A program made the position numbers and the translations under genes. A stretch of 64,000 nucleotides of DNA from an uncultured Nitrospiraceae bacterium (GTDB lineage: Bacteria; Nitrospirota; Nitrospiria; Nitrospirales; Nitrospiraceae): positions 768,001-832,000 of the forward strand of contig CAVSTP010000002.1 in the NCBI GenBank assembly GCA_963730935.1, in the 5' to 3' direction. This document shows, one piece after another, positions 37,618-48,862 of the stretch (positions are counted from its first letter, which is position 1; the number at the start of each line of letters is the position of its first letter). The notes under the pieces are model-generated. The model searched no databases, was not told where the DNA came from, and worked only from the letters and a program-made list of their open reading frames with translations.

Positions 37618-38859
37618 ATGGACTCGGCGGATCTCGTGATCGTCGGAGGGGGCGCAGCCGGTCTTGCCGCTGCGATCGCTTCCGGCGAACGTAAGGGAGG
37701 ACGCCGGGTCGTCCTCCTCGATGGCGCGAAGGCACTGGGAGCCAAGATCCTGGTGTCCGGCGGCGGGCGGTGCAACGTTACACACGAAACGGTGACTCCT
37801 GCCGACTTCTTCGGTAACCGCCGCATCATCAAAAATGTGCTCGCGGCCTGGTCCGTCGAACGGACCATCGACTGGTTTGCGGGCATGGGCGTCGAGCTCA
37901 AGCGCGAAGCCACCGGCAAGCTCTTTCCCACCACCGATAAGGCGCGGACGGTGCTCGAAGCGCTCCTCGAGCGCTGTCGCGGCCTGAGCGTGGAGATTCA
38001 GACCGGCCGGCGCGTCTCCGGCATCGAACGGGCCGACGGAGGCTTCGTCGTCCGCGACAGCCAGGGGGCCATCGCCGCAAAGGCGGTCATCCTTGCGACC
38101 GGCGGCAGGTCGCTTCCGAAATCGGGGAGCGATGGCTCGGGCTATGCGATGGCCTGCTCTCTCGGTCATTCGCTGACATCAACCGTTGCCGCGCTCGTGC
38201 CACTGGTTCTGCAGGAGACGATGTTTCATCGGATGCTCTCCGGCCTGTCGCAGGAGGTGGCGCTGACCACGATCGTGGGCGGGAAGCCCGTCGACCTCCG
38301 CAGGGGAAGCCTGCTCTGGACCCATTTTGGCGTGAGTGGTCCGGTGGTCATGGACGCGAGCCGGTTTTGGACATTGGCCCGCGAACAGGGAGAGCAGGCT
38401 GACGTCTCTGTCAGTCTGGTTCCGCATTGGACGCCGGAAGCGGCACGGGCCTGGTTCATGGCACAGGCGGCGGCCAATCCGCGAAGGTCGCTCGGTAAGA
38501 CGTTGGCGCGCATGGTGCCGGAACGCTTAGCGGAGGCTGTCTGCACCTCTATCGGGGCGGAGGCACGGACACCTGCGGCGCAGGTGCCTCGCGGCGAACG
38601 AGACGGGGTGGTCGCCGCCTTGACCCGGCTGCCTCTCCCCGTGGCGACGGACCGCGGGTGGAACCATGCCGAAGTGACGGCCGGCGGCATTCCCCTCGAG
38701 GAGATCAATTATCGGACCATGGAATCGAAGTTGGTTCCCGAGCTGTATCTGATCGGAGAGATGCTCGATTGCGATGGACGCATCGGCGGATTCAATTTTC
38801 AGTGGGCCTGGGCCACAGGCTACCTGGCCGGGTGCGCCGCAACCGCTTCGCCGGCATGA
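37618..38859 (+). CDS. HI0933/BaiN family flavoprotein
   Basis: GGGAAG, KILVSGGGRCNVT, ATGG.S.P, GE.LD.DG.IGGFN.Q.A. Confidence 0.92.
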   Translation: MDSADLVIVGGGAAGLAAAIASGERKGGRRVVLLDGAKALGAKILVSGGGRCNVTHETVTPADFFGNRRIIKNVLAAWSVERTIDWFAGMGVELKREATGKLFPTTDKARTVLEALLERCRGLSVEIQTGRRVSGIERADGGFVVRDSQGAIAAKAVILATGGRSLPKSGSDGSGYAMACSLGHSLTSTVAALVPLVLQETMFHRMLSGLSQEVALTTIVGGKPVDLRRGSLLWTHFGVSGPVVMDASRFWTLAREQGEQADVSVSLVPHWTPEAARAWFMAQAAANPRRSLGKTLARMVPERLAEAVCTSIGAEARTPAAQVPRGERDGVVAALTRLPLPVATDRGWNHAEVTAGGIPLEEINYRTMESKLVPELYLIGEMLDCDGRIGGFNFQWAWATGYLAGCAATASPA

Positions 38860-38942
38860 GTCCGCGCCTTTCTGTCGGACACTTGAGCTATTGGCGAGAG
38901 CGGAGTACATATGAAGGAAGCGGCGCGACGCGCCCGTTGCTC

Positions 38943-39623
38943 ATGATCCGATTCTTCGGCCACATCCTCACCTCCCTCGGCAGCAAGGTTCTCATTGCCC
39001 TCTCGGGGCTGGCGTTCGCCGTCTTCGTGGTCTTCCACATGCTCGGTAATTTACAGGTGTTCCAAGGGCCGGATGCGCTGAATTCTTATGCCGCGTTTTT
39101 GCGGGATATGCCGATGGCTCTGTGGAGCGCGCGGCTGACGCTGCTCGCGATCGTTGCGGTGCACATCGGCCTTTCGGTCCGATTAGCCATCCAGAACCGG
39201 CGCGCCAGGCCGGTCGGCTACGTGACGCATCGGTATCGCCGGGCGTCGCTGGCGTCCAGGACGATGGCGCTCACCGGCAGCCTCCTGGTGTTGTTCATCG
39301 TCTTTCACCTGCTGCATTTGACCGCCGGCTTGGTGGATCCGTCGGTACATAACCGCCTGGACTTCCGCGGACACCGTGATGTCTTCGGCAACGTCGTCCA
39401 TGCGTTTCAGAATCCGGTGCTGGTCGTGATCTATCTCGTCGGCCAAGTGGCGCTGGGCTTTCATCTCAGCCACGCGCTGTCCAGCAGCCTCCAGAGCTTG
39501 GGCATGGAACATCCCATGCTCGACCGGCTCTTTCGCGGCGCGGGCCTGCTGGTCGCCATGCTGGTGGTCGTCGGGAATGCCGCAATCGTGCTGGCGATCG
39601 CCTTTGGACTGGTACGCGCATGA
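38943..39623 (+). CDS. sdhC: Succinate dehydrogenase/fumarate reductase cytochrome b subunit
   Basis: Five TM helices with heme His residues (HMLGN, VHI, FHLLH, HLSH); alternative start 38856. Confidence 0.9.
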   Translation: MIRFFGHILTSLGSKVLIALSGLAFAVFVVFHMLGNLQVFQGPDALNSYAAFLRDMPMALWSARLTLLAIVAVHIGLSVRLAIQNRRARPVGYVTHRYRRASLASRTMALTGSLLVLFIVFHLLHLTAGLVDPSVHNRLDFRGHRDVFGNVVHAFQNPVLVVIYLVGQVALGFHLSHALSSSLQSLGMEHPMLDRLFRGAGLLVAMLVVVGNAAIVLAIAFGLVRA

Positions 39624-41530
39624 TCACACTCGATTCCAAAGTCCCGTCAGGGCCGCTCAATAGCAAATGGGACCGTCACCGTTTCAGTGAAAAACTGGTC
39701 AGTCCGTCGAACAAACGGTCGATCGGAATCATCGTGGTGGGAACGGGCCTGGCGGGCGCCAGCGCGGCGTCTACCCTTGGACAACTCGGCTATCAAGTGG
39801 AGTGTTTCTGCTTTCAGGACAGCCCCCGCCGCGCGCACAGTATCGCGGCGCAGGGCGGTATCAACGCGGCGAGGAACTATCAAGACGACGGCGACAGCGC
39901 CGAGCGCCTGTTTTATGACACGATCAAGGGCGGCGACTTCCGTTCGCGCGAAGCGAATGTCTACCGGCTCGCGCAGGTCAGCACCCAGATCATCGATCAA
40001 TGCGTGGCGCTTGGCGTGCCTTTTGCCCGTGAATATGGCGGACAGCTGGCCAACCGCTCGTTCGGGGGCGTGCAGGTGTCACGCACGTTTTACTGCCGGG
40101 GTCAGACGGGCCAGCAGCTCTTGCTCGGCGCCTATTCCGCCCTCTGCTGGCAGATCGAGCGCGGCCAGGTGAGGATCCATCCTCGGACGGAAATGCTCGA
40201 TCTGATCGTCGTTGACGGCCACGCGCGGGGGATCGTCGTGCGCGATCTCGTCACCGGCGAGATCCGATCGCATACGGCTCAAGCCGTCGTGTTGGCGACG
40301 GGAGGCTACAGCAATATCTTCTATCTCTCGACCAATGCCAGTGGCTGCAACGTGACGGCCACTTACCGGGCATGGAAGCAGGGCGCTGCCTTTGCCAATC
40401 CCTGTTTCACGCAGATCCATCCGACAGCGATCCCACCCAGCGAGGCCTATCAGGCGAAGTTGACGCTGATGTCAGAATCGCTGCGCAATGATGGGCGTTT
40501 GTGGGTCCCCAAGCAGAAGGGAGATACCCGGCCGCCCGATGAAATCCCTGAAGAGGAGCGCGATTATTTCTTGGAACGCCGCTATCCGCGCTTCGGCAAC
40601 TTGGCTCCCCGCGATTTGGCGTCTCGGGCGGTTAAACAGATTTGCGACGAAGGCTGCGGAGTCGGGCCCGGCGGGTATGGGGTGTACTTGGACCTCTCGG
40701 ACGCCATCGCCAAGCAAGGGCTCGAAGTTGTCCAGGAACGCTACAGCAATCTCTTCGATATGTATCAGCGTATCACAGGCGAAGATGCCTATAAGACGCC
40801 GATGCGCATCTACCCTGCGCCCCACTATACGATGGGCGGGCTATGGGTCGATTATAATTTGATGAGCACGATTCCCGGCCTCTTCGTGATCGGAGAGGCG
40901 AATTTTGCCGATCATGGCGCCAATCGCCTGGGCGCGAGTTCGCTGATGCAAGGGTTGGCCGACGGCTACTTCATACTACCCTACACGATCGGCCATTACT
41001 TGGCGACCACCAAGAGCAGCCCGATCGGTCCCGATCATCCCGATGTGCGCGCCGTGAAGGAGCGGGTGAATGAGCGGGTCGGGCGTCTGCTGCGAGGGCG
41101 GGGCAGACAAACCGCTGCCTCCTTTCACCGAACGTTGGGACACCTCATGTGGGATCTCTGCGGGATGGCGCGACACGAAGCGGGACTCAAACAGGCGCTC
41201 GAGCGGATCCCAGCCCTGCGCGAGGAGTTCTGGCACGACGTGGCGGTGCTCGGCTCAGGGGAGACGCTGAATCAAGAACTGGAATATGCCGGGCGGGTCG
41301 CCGATTTTCTCGAGTTTGCCGAATTGCTCTGCCATGACGCGCTGCATCGAGAAGAATCGTGCGGAGCGCATTTCCGCGAGGAGCATCAGACGCCGCACGG
41401 AGAACCAGTGAGGGACGATGCCCGGTTCTCCCATGTGGCCGCGTGGGAGTATGTGCCCAACAGCCGGCCGGCGCTGCACAAGGAGCCACTGGTGTTCGAG
41501 TTCGTGAAACCAGCGATGCGCACCTACTAA
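39620..41530 (+). CDS. sdhA: Succinate dehydrogenase/fumarate reductase flavoprotein
   Basis: [39 protein letters not shown]. Confidence 0.96.
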   Translation: MITLDSKVPSGPLNSKWDRHRFSEKLVSPSNKRSIGIIVVGTGLAGASAASTLGQLGYQVECFCFQDSPRRAHSIAAQGGINAARNYQDDGDSAERLFYDTIKGGDFRSREANVYRLAQVSTQIIDQCVALGVPFAREYGGQLANRSFGGVQVSRTFYCRGQTGQQLLLGAYSALCWQIERGQVRIHPRTEMLDLIVVDGHARGIVVRDLVTGEIRSHTAQAVVLATGGYSNIFYLSTNASGCNVTATYRAWKQGAAFANPCFTQIHPTAIPPSEAYQAKLTLMSESLRNDGRLWVPKQKGDTRPPDEIPEEERDYFLERRYPRFGNLAPRDLASRAVKQICDEGCGVGPGGYGVYLDLSDAIAKQGLEVVQERYSNLFDMYQRITGEDAYKTPMRIYPAPHYTMGGLWVDYNLMSTIPGLFVIGEANFADHGANRLGASSLMQGLADGYFILPYTIGHYLATTKSSPIGPDHPDVRAVKERVNERVGRLLRGRGRQTAASFHRTLGHLMWDLCGMARHEAGLKQALERIPALREEFWHDVAVLGSGETLNQELEYAGRVADFLEFAELLCHDALHREESCGAHFREEHQTPHGEPVRDDARFSHVAAWEYVPNSRPALHKEPLVFEFVKPAMRTY

Positions 41531-41545
41531 CCATGAACTAGGACG

Positions 41546-42337
41546 ATGAAGTTCACGCTGAACATCTGGCGGCAGGCGGGACCGGCGGACAAGGGCCGGC
41601 TGCGCACCTATCAGGCCAAAAACATCAGTCCTGCCATGTCCTTTCTCGAGATGCTGGACGTGGTCAATCACGAGCTCACGCTCAAGGGCGAGGAACCGGT
41701 GGCCTTTGAGTATGATTGCCGCGAAGGCATTTGTGGCAGCTGCTCGCTCGTCATTGACGGCGTCCCGCACGGCCCGGACCGCGGCATCACGGCCTGTCAG
41801 CTCCATATGCGCCGGTTCAAGGACGGCACCACAATTACGATCGAGCCCTGGCGGGCCAAGGCCTTTCCGATCATCAAGGACCTTGTCGTGGACCGGAGCG
41901 CGTTCGACCGCATCATGCAGGCCGGAGGGTACATCTCGGTCAATACCGGAGGAGCGGTGGATGGCAATGTATTGCTGATCGGCAAGGATCAGGCGGAGAC
42001 TGCGATGGATGCCGCCTCCTGCATTTCGTGTGGCGCCTGCGTGGCCGCCTGCAAGAATGCATCGGCCACGTTATTCGTCGCGGCCAAGGTCTCCCACCTT
42101 GCCTTGTTGCCTCAAGGCGATCCCGAACGAACGAAGCGCGCCAAGGCCATGGTCGCCGCGATGGACCGCGAAGGGTTCGGGTCCTGTAGCAACCAGTATG
42201 AATGTGAAGCTGTTTGCCCCAAATCGATCAGCGTCCGGTTCATCGCCAAGCTGAACCGGGAGTTTCTCCACGCCACCATCGCTGAGCCGGGTCCATTCAC
42301 CGAAGCGCCGGCCGATCCACACGACGAATCGCACTGA
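41546..42337 (+). CDS. sdhB: Succinate dehydrogenase/fumarate reductase iron-sulfur subunit
   Basis: [21 protein letters not shown].....C...CPK. Confidence 0.95.
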   Translation: MKFTLNIWRQAGPADKGRLRTYQAKNISPAMSFLEMLDVVNHELTLKGEEPVAFEYDCREGICGSCSLVIDGVPHGPDRGITACQLHMRRFKDGTTITIEPWRAKAFPIIKDLVVDRSAFDRIMQAGGYISVNTGGAVDGNVLLIGKDQAETAMDAASCISCGACVAACKNASATLFVAAKVSHLALLPQGDPERTKRAKAMVAAMDREGFGSCSNQYECEAVCPKSISVRFIAKLNREFLHATIAEPGPFTEAPADPHDESH

Positions 42338-42453
42338 CAGACCCCGCAAGACAGCGGACGCCTACAGACGGTGGGCTTGACGACACTTCCCCACAAAGGC
42401 ACGCGTGTTCCGCCTCTTCTCTTGACAGATCACGGTGCATGCACTATCGATGA

Positions 42454-42978
42454 ATGATGGGCCGACTGCTGAATTGTCCCCAATGCCGCCATGAGCAGGT
42501 GCTCCGTTCCAGACCGCTGTCGGCCAGCGAACGGGTGGCGGCGATCTTCCTGCTGTCTCCCTTTTCTTGTCCGCAGTGCAGTTGCCGCTTTTTGGCGTCA
42601 CGCATCGGATTGGACCGTCCGCGCCATCCGATCGACCGTCGTGAACATCTCCGGATTCCAGTGCGGCTGTTTCTCTCCTTTTCCGGCGGCAAGGTCCGCG
42701 GCGAGGGAACGGTCCTCGACCTCTCGATGGGCGGCTGCATCATCAAGAGCGAGACCCACGTGCGGGTCGACGATATTTTTTATCTGGAAATCTCGACCGG
42801 GGCTCACGAGCCGCCGCTCGAGGTGGCTGCAATGGTGCGCTCAGTCAGTCAGCGCGGTATCGCCTTCAAGTTCTTGCGCGCGGCCCAGGACAACAAGCGG
42901 CTGCTGGCCTTCATTCAAGCGCAAACCGCCGAACATATCACGAAATCCTCCACTGCACCCGTGCCTGCCAAAGGCTGA
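42454..42978 (+). CDS. Zinc-ribbon plus PilZ domain protein
   Basis: CPQC...CPQC; RREHLR (RxxxR) and DLSMGG (DxSxxG). Confidence 0.85.
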   Translation: MMGRLLNCPQCRHEQVLRSRPLSASERVAAIFLLSPFSCPQCSCRFLASRIGLDRPRHPIDRREHLRIPVRLFLSFSGGKVRGEGTVLDLSMGGCIIKSETHVRVDDIFYLEISTGAHEPPLEVAAMVRSVSQRGIAFKFLRAAQDNKRLLAFIQAQTAEHITKSSTAPVPAKG

Positions 42979-43027
42979 GCGATCGGCACCTCTCAGTGCC
43001 TCACCCATCATCCTCTCCGCAACGTAT

Positions 43028-43333
43028 TTAGATCGGTTGTTCCCAGGCGGACGGCAGGGGATATTCCGTCGTCAGCCGCTCGTGCTCGGTGAGATCGTAT
43101 GGCTCGATCGTCAAGTCATGCGGATCGAGCGGTTCGGCGCAGGTTGGAGAGGTGAGAAAATCGATCAAGGCTTGCGCCTTGTCCTTGGTGGAAAACCGGC
43201 AGAGCCCATATTCCGGCATCGCTGAAGAAGGATGCCAGAAGGCCAGTTCAATCGCGCTGCCTTGATAGATGCCCAGCGAGCGGTGCCTGACTTGAAATCC
43301 ACCTGGCTGGAGGGACGAACGCTCGAGCGACAT
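43028..43333 (-). CDS. Hypothetical protein
   Basis: SD GGAGG; fills the gap between flanking genes. Confidence 0.6.
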   Translation of the reverse strand: MSLERSSLQPGGFQVRHRSLGIYQGSAIELAFWHPSSAMPEYGLCRFSTKDKAQALIDFLTSPTCAEPLDPHDLTIEPYDLTEHERLTTEYPLPSAWEQPI

Positions 43334-43414
43334 GGGCGGTAACCTCCGCTATCTTCAAGTGTATCCGCATGATAGCATGATCCTGTTTGCACCTTCATCA
43401 GAAGGAGGACGGCT

Positions 43415-44008
43415 ATGGGCAGGGGTCTTATGATCGTGCTGGGTGTCCTGATGAGCGCGAGCCTGTGGGGTTGCGGCTATAATGATTTGCAAGGGCTCGA
43501 TGAGGACACCAAGGCCGCGTGGAGCGAAGTGATCAATCAATACCAGCGACGAGCTGATCTCATCCCCAACCTCGTTGCCACAGTGAAGGGCTACGCCGCG
43601 CACGAAAAGGAAACGCTCGAAGGCGTCGTGGAAGCCAGGGCGAAGGCCACCGCGATTCAGATCACACCTGAAACGCTGAAGGATCCCGTGGCCTTCGAAC
43701 AGTTTCAAAAAGTTCAGGCGGGTCTGACATCCGCGCTCGGCCGTCTCATTGCGGTTGCCGAGAATTATCCGAATCTGAAAGCCGATCAGAACTTCCGGGA
43801 TCTTCAGAGCCAGCTCGAAGGGACGGAAAACCGTATTGCGGTCGCCCGCAAGCGCTATATCGACCGGGTCGCGGAATTTAACAAAATGGTCCGGTACTTT
43901 CCCACGAATCTGACCGCCAAGTTCATGCTCCATATGGAAGAAAAACCGAACTTCACGGTCGCCGACGAGAAGGCGGTCGCCAAACCGCCGGAGGTCAAGT
44001 TCAACTGA
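43415..44008 (+). CDS. lemA: LemA family protein
   Basis: YQRRADLIPNLV.TVKGYA, E.YP.LKA, LEGTENRI. Confidence 0.95.
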   Translation: MGRGLMIVLGVLMSASLWGCGYNDLQGLDEDTKAAWSEVINQYQRRADLIPNLVATVKGYAAHEKETLEGVVEARAKATAIQITPETLKDPVAFEQFQKVQAGLTSALGRLIAVAENYPNLKADQNFRDLQSQLEGTENRIAVARKRYIDRVAEFNKMVRYFPTNLTAKFMLHMEEKPNFTVADEKAVAKPPEVKFN

Positions 44009-44018
44009 ACCAGTTCCA

Positions 44019-44915
44019 ATGATGCGCGCCCATTGTATGAGCCGTGTCTGGCGAGGGCCGGCACGGCTCATCGTCTTGTTTGGACTTCTGCTCAATCCAC
44101 TTCTCGTGTCTGCACTGGACGTCCCGCCCTTGACGGGACGTGTGGTGGATCTTGCCCATGTCCTGTCCAGTCAGGAAACCGAGCAACTGAGCGATCAGCT
44201 CAAGACGCATGAGGAGAAAACCGGCAATCAGGTTGCGGTACTGATCCTTCCTTCACTCGAAGGAGAGCCGCTTGAAGCGTATTCCCATCGCGTCGCCACC
44301 ACCTGGAAGCTCGGCCGGAAGGGCACCGACAACGGCGTCCTGCTGTTGGTCGCGCTCAAAGAGCGAAAGCTCCGGATCGAGGTTGGTTACGGCCTGGAAG
44401 GCACGCTCACCGATTTACGGTCCGCCCATATCATTCGCCACGAGATGGTGCCGCGCTTCAAGGCGGGCGACATTCCTGGGGGCGTCCGGGCAGGCACGGA
44501 AGCGATTCTCAAGACGATCGACGGCACGTATCAGGCGGCGGACGATGAACCGCGGCGACCGGCGCCCGAGTCGAGCGCCCTGCAGTATGTGGTGATCGGC
44601 ATCATCGTCGGTTTCCTGGCCGGTCTGATCTTGAGCCAAGGCCTCCGCCGCGCCCGCGCGTTGCTCGGTGCGGTCCTGTCGTTTATGGTGGCGCAGGCTG
44701 CAAGCATTGCGTGGGGGGTGGCGGCGGCTGGTGTCACAGCCGTCCTTCTCTGGTTGGTGCTGAGCGCAGCCGGCGGCCGGCAGAGCCGACGTAGAGCCGA
44801 CGACTGGTCCTGGTACAGTAGCGGCGGAGGCGGTTGGAGCGGCGGGTCGTCCGACGGAGGATTCAGCGGCGGGGGCGGTGATTTCGGCGGCGGAGGTGCC
44901 AGTGGCGACTGGTAA
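44019..44915 (+). CDS. TPM domain protein (YgcG-like)
   Basis: V.D.A..L, DNGVLL, RIEVGYGLEG, Gly-rich GGGGDFGGGGASGDW tail. Confidence 0.92.
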   Translation: MMRAHCMSRVWRGPARLIVLFGLLLNPLLVSALDVPPLTGRVVDLAHVLSSQETEQLSDQLKTHEEKTGNQVAVLILPSLEGEPLEAYSHRVATTWKLGRKGTDNGVLLLVALKERKLRIEVGYGLEGTLTDLRSAHIIRHEMVPRFKAGDIPGGVRAGTEAILKTIDGTYQAADDEPRRPAPESSALQYVVIGIIVGFLAGLILSQGLRRARALLGAVLSFMVAQAASIAWGVAAAGVTAVLLWLVLSAAGGRQSRRRADDWSWYSSGGGGWSGGSSDGGFSGGGGDFGGGGASGDW

Positions 44916-45561
44916 GTTCGTTTTGAGCGAGCAGGACAAAGCCCGCATCAGCGAGGCCGTACGGGCCGCAGAAGCACACACGAGCGCGGAAATCGTCCCG
45001 ATGCTCGTGACTCGCTCGGGTCTGTATCGCGATGCCCAGCACCGTGTCGGACTCGCACTGGCGATGGTCGTGCTCACGAGCCTGCTCATGGGTGAGGGGT
45101 TTTGGGCTTCCTGGCGATGGCAGACCGTCGAGGCGGCATGGCTGCTACTCGCCGTGTTGTTGTCCTATGCCATCGGCTCGTGGATCGGCAGGGTTCCTCA
45201 GGTCATTCGGGCGGTCACGTCGTCGGAGCGTCTGCGCCGCAAAGTGCAGTTGAGGGCAGAACAGGCCTTTGCGCAACACAGCCTCTCTCGGACCCGGCAG
45301 CGTACGGGCGTGCTGCTCATGGTCTCGCTTCTCGAGCGACACGTGTATGTCTTGCCGGATTCGGGAATCGGACCAGGCATTACTCCGGCTCAATGGAACG
45401 ACGTGGTCGAGGCGGTCATAACCAAGGTCAGAGAGAGCGACATCGCCGGCGGATTCTGCGCGGGCATCGAACGGTGCGGCGTGCTCCTGGCTCGTGCCTG
45501 TCCTGCCGAGCCTGGAGACAATCCCAATGAGCTTTCGAACCGCCTGTTGCACGAACCATGA
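44902..45561 (+). CDS. TPM domain membrane protein
   Basis: AE..TS.EIV, RTGVL, NPNEL.N; start approximate. Confidence 0.85.
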   Translation: MATGKFVLSEQDKARISEAVRAAEAHTSAEIVPMLVTRSGLYRDAQHRVGLALAMVVLTSLLMGEGFWASWRWQTVEAAWLLLAVLLSYAIGSWIGRVPQVIRAVTSSERLRRKVQLRAEQAFAQHSLSRTRQRTGVLLMVSLLERHVYVLPDSGIGPGITPAQWNDVVEAVITKVRESDIAGGFCAGIERCGVLLARACPAEPGDNPNELSNRLLHEP

Positions 45562-45638
45562 CGAGGAGAAGGAGAGTGATGTCGCCTGTCGAGCGGTACA
45601 AATAGAGACTTTCCAGGGATCCTGCTAGAATCCGACCG

Positions 45639-47249
45639 ATGCCCGACCGCACCGCTGTTTCTCCCGTCCCCCTACAGCACGAAAATCGCTCGCTGGTGAA
45701 GGCGGCGGGCGTCATCGGGATCGCCACCTTTTCCAGCCGTATTTTGGGATTCATCCGCGACATGGTGCTGGCGCGGATGTTCGGTGCCACGCCCGCGGCC
45801 GATGCGTTCTACGTCGCCTTCCGCATCCCCAGTCTGCTGCGCGAATTGTTTGCGGAGGGCTCGATGTCCGGCGCCTTTATTCCAGTGTTCACCGAGTACC
45901 AGTCGCGCAGGTCCAAGCAGGAAGCCTGGGAGCTGGCGAGCGCCGCGTTCACGACATTGCTGACGATCGTGACGCTGGTGACGCTCGCGGGCATCGTCAC
46001 TGCACCATGGCTGGTTCAATTGCTCGCGCCGGGCTTTCACTCTTCGCCGGAGAAGCTGGCACTGACGACGTTGCTGGCTCGGGTGATGTTCCCGTATCTC
46101 CTGTTCATTAGTCTCGCCGCGATGGCGATGGGTATTTTGAACTCGGTACGGGCGTTCGCCGTCCCCGCCTATGCAGCCTTGTTCCTGAATATTTGCATTA
46201 TCGGCTGCGCGTTGCTCCTGTCACCCCATCTCGAAGAGCCGATTCTCGGAGTTGCGATCGGCGTCGTGGCGGGAGGGGTTGCGCAGTTCCTCATGCAGCT
46301 GCCGAGCCTCAAAGTGCGAGGGTTGCTGTTTGGCTTCCGCTTTGAGCCGGGACATCCCGGCGTGAAACGGATCGGGCAGCTGATGGTCCCGTCGTTGCTC
46401 GGGATGTCAGTCACGCAGGTCAATTTGACGATCAGCACAATTCTGGCGTCGTTCATCGCCGGCGCGCCAACCTATCTCTTTTACGGCATGCGGCTGATCC
46501 AGTTTCCGCTGGGCATCTTCGGCGTTGCGCTCGCCATGGCTATCTTGCCGACACTCTCGGCCCAGGCGACTCGCGGCGCAATGGAAGAGCTCAGGGCGAC
46601 GCTCGGTTTCGGATTGCGGATGATCGTCTTCATCATGTTCCCGGCCATGCTCGGACTGATTTTTCTGCGCACGCCGATCGTCCATTTGTTTTTCGAACAC
46701 GGCACGTTCACAGCACACGATACCGTCGAAACCGCGATGGCCGTGCTCTGTTATGCCGTCGGCCTCTGGGCGTTTGGCGGCGTGCGCATCATCGTGGCGG
46801 CCTTTTATTCTCTGCAAGATACGAAGACACCCGCCATTGCGGCAGCAGTCGCCGTGGCAGCCAACATCGTCTTTTCGCTCTTGCTGATGTCGCCCCTGGG
46901 CGCCTCGGGTCTGGCCCTGTCCACGGCGCTCGCAGGAATGGTCAACGGCGGCATTCTCGTTGTTGTGCTCAACCGACGTCTTGGCGGTGTCGAATGGGGA
47001 TCGGTGCGCCGGTCTGCCGGGCGTGTCATGGTCGCCTGTATCCCGCTTGTACTCGCCTGCCTGTGGGTGGCCGGGGCGCAGGTCTGGACGCATGAGAGGG
47101 AGTGGGCTGCAAAATCCGTGATGTTGGCCGTGGGGATCGGGCTCAGTGTGAGCGGATATCTGGGCGTGCACGCCTTATTTCGCTCGGAAGAATTGGATCT
47201 GGTCTGGGGCATGGTCCGAAACAAAATTGGCCGGATGGCCGGCCGCTAG
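45639..47249 (+). CDS. murJ: Lipid II flippase MurJ
   Basis: SRILGFIRD, AFRIP..LR.LFAEG, RLIQFPLG, FYS..DTKTP. Confidence 0.96.
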   Translation: MPDRTAVSPVPLQHENRSLVKAAGVIGIATFSSRILGFIRDMVLARMFGATPAADAFYVAFRIPSLLRELFAEGSMSGAFIPVFTEYQSRRSKQEAWELASAAFTTLLTIVTLVTLAGIVTAPWLVQLLAPGFHSSPEKLALTTLLARVMFPYLLFISLAAMAMGILNSVRAFAVPAYAALFLNICIIGCALLLSPHLEEPILGVAIGVVAGGVAQFLMQLPSLKVRGLLFGFRFEPGHPGVKRIGQLMVPSLLGMSVTQVNLTISTILASFIAGAPTYLFYGMRLIQFPLGIFGVALAMAILPTLSAQATRGAMEELRATLGFGLRMIVFIMFPAMLGLIFLRTPIVHLFFEHGTFTAHDTVETAMAVLCYAVGLWAFGGVRIIVAAFYSLQDTKTPAIAAAVAVAANIVFSLLLMSPLGASGLALSTALAGMVNGGILVVVLNRRLGGVEWGSVRRSAGRVMVACIPLVLACLWVAGAQVWTHEREWAAKSVMLAVGIGLSVSGYLGVHALFRSEELDLVWGMVRNKIGRMAGR

Positions 47250-47257
47250 GAGTCGGC

Positions 47258-47785
47258 ATGTATCGCCTCTTGATGTTCAAGTCGCGCTGGGGCTGGATGG
47301 GGGTGGCGGAGTCGGAACGGGGCCTTGCTGCGATCGTACTGCCGCAACCGTCCAAGGCGGCGGCTGCAGCCGGTTTGGGCCTGAAGGCGGCGCCCGTACA
47401 ACGCGCGTCATCGGCCACACTCCGAGAGGCCAGGAAGCAGTTGGTTGAATACCTGACTGGAAGGCGCACGTCGTTTGATCTCCCGCTCGATCTGTCGCGT
47501 GGCACGGCATTCCAGCGTCGGGTATGGAAGACGCTACGGGCAATCCCCTATGGCCAACTATGGTCTTACCGAGGTCTTGCCTCACGGGTCGGCGGGGTAC
47601 AGTATGCCAGGGCCGTCGGCGGAGCGGTTGGTGCCAATCCCTTGCCGATCGTGCTGCCGTGCCACCGGGTCATTGCGCAGGACGCGTCGATCGGCGGATT
47701 TTCTTGCGGGCTGCCGGCAAAACGCAGGTTGCTCGCGCTTGAAGGCTCGCTGTCCCGGCTGCGCCCGTCGGGCCGCGACCGGTGA
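47258..47785 (+). CDS. ogt: Methylated-DNA-protein-cysteine methyltransferase
   Basis: GT.FQ..VW, IPYG, ARAVG, PCHRV. Confidence 0.93.
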   Translation: MYRLLMFKSRWGWMGVAESERGLAAIVLPQPSKAAAAAGLGLKAAPVQRASSATLREARKQLVEYLTGRRTSFDLPLDLSRGTAFQRRVWKTLRAIPYGQLWSYRGLASRVGGVQYARAVGGAVGANPLPIVLPCHRVIAQDASIGGFSCGLPAKRRLLALEGSLSRLRPSGRDR

Positions 47786-48243
47786 AAGCGGTCATTCAGC
47801 GGGTGACGCGGGCCTCCGTCGAAGTGGAGGGGCGCATCGTGGGGACGATCGGCCCCGGGCTGCTCGTGCTGCTCGGCGTGGCGAAGGGGGACGGCGAGGC
47901 GGACTGCCGGTTCATGGTCGAGAAGCTGCGCGGACTGCGCATCTTTGCCGACGATGCCGGAAAGATGAACCGCTCGCTCGTCGATGTGGGCGGCGCGGTT
48001 CTCCTGGTGTCTCAGTTCACCTTGTTGGGCAACACGAAGAGCGGCCGACGCCCTGGCTTCGACGACGCCGCGCCGCCCGAGGACGCCAAGCGATGGTATG
48101 AACAGGTGGCGGCCGAATTGAAGGCCCAGGGCACCGCCGTGGAAACAGGTGTCTTCGCGGCTCACATGAAGGTGGAACTCGTGAACGATGGTCCGGTCAC
48201 GTTCCTCTTGGATAGTCGAGGTGCGATTTCGGCGGTCTCCTGA
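47782..48243 (+). CDS. dtd: D-aminoacyl-tRNA deacylase
   Basis: QRV..ASV, SQFTL, NDGPVT. Confidence 0.96.
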   Translation: MKAVIQRVTRASVEVEGRIVGTIGPGLLVLLGVAKGDGEADCRFMVEKLRGLRIFADDAGKMNRSLVDVGGAVLLVSQFTLLGNTKSGRRPGFDDAAPPEDAKRWYEQVAAELKAQGTAVETGVFAAHMKVELVNDGPVTFLLDSRGAISAVS

Positions 48244-48251
48244 AGGGAGTC

Positions 48252-48260
48252 TGCTATAAT
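48252..48260 (+). promoter_or_regulatory. Extended -10 promoter
   Basis: TGcTATAAT upstream of ATG48296. Confidence 0.55.
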
Positions 48261-48295
48261 AGGACAGAGCGCATCTGATCGAGTGAGAGGGAGAG

Positions 48296-48862
48296 ATGGG
48301 AAGTTCGATCCCGGCTCGACATCCGCTGCGGCAACTCTTCAGCGCCTTGACCGAGAAGACCTTCACGGAACACCTCGGCTGGCCCGATCTCAACGTCACG
48401 ACTTACGTTACCAATCTGCTCGTCGAGTTCACCCATACCGACCAACTGTTTAAAGTCAAAAACCGGCAAGGACAGCAAGTCGATACGGTCGTGGATCTCT
48501 TGTTCGAATCCGAGGTCTTGCTTGAGGCGCAATCCTTGGACCGTGAACGGGCCGTTCACCAACACATTGGCGACTTTACGCTGTTCATGGCCGGGTTGTT
48601 TCCGGAATATCTGCGCCGTCTCAAGACAGCCGGCCTGGTGTACCACAAGGATTTTCTGGTGGACTACGTCAAAACGGGAAAGCGCTCCTACGGCATTGTG
48701 GCCCAGATCGCGGACCAGCCCGCGCAAGACGACCGGCCGCTGTTCGCAAAGCTGTCAGACAACTTTGAACTCTGCGTAACCGGATTAGGATTTGTGCGGT
48801 CCGACCTCGACCGCATGCAGAATCCGGCCTATAAGCAGGCCAAGGATCTCCTCCTCAATTGA
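48296..48862 (+). CDS. Conserved hypothetical protein
   Basis: IGDFTLF..GLFPE, DY...GK.SY, F.KLS.NF; lies in a co-oriented gene run. Confidence 0.8.
   Translation: MGSSIPARHPLRQLFSALTEKTFTEHLGWPDLNVTTYVTNLLVEFTHTDQLFKVKNRQGQQVDTVVDLLFESEVLLEAQSLDRERAVHQHIGDFTLFMAGLFPEYLRRLKTAGLVYHKDFLVDYVKTGKRSYGIVAQIADQPAQDDRPLFAKLSDNFELCVTGLGFVRSDLDRMQNPAYKQAKDLLLN

Noticed and set aside
44815..44915. GGC-rich low-complexity tract
   Set aside because: Normal Gly-rich C-terminus of YgcG/TPM proteins
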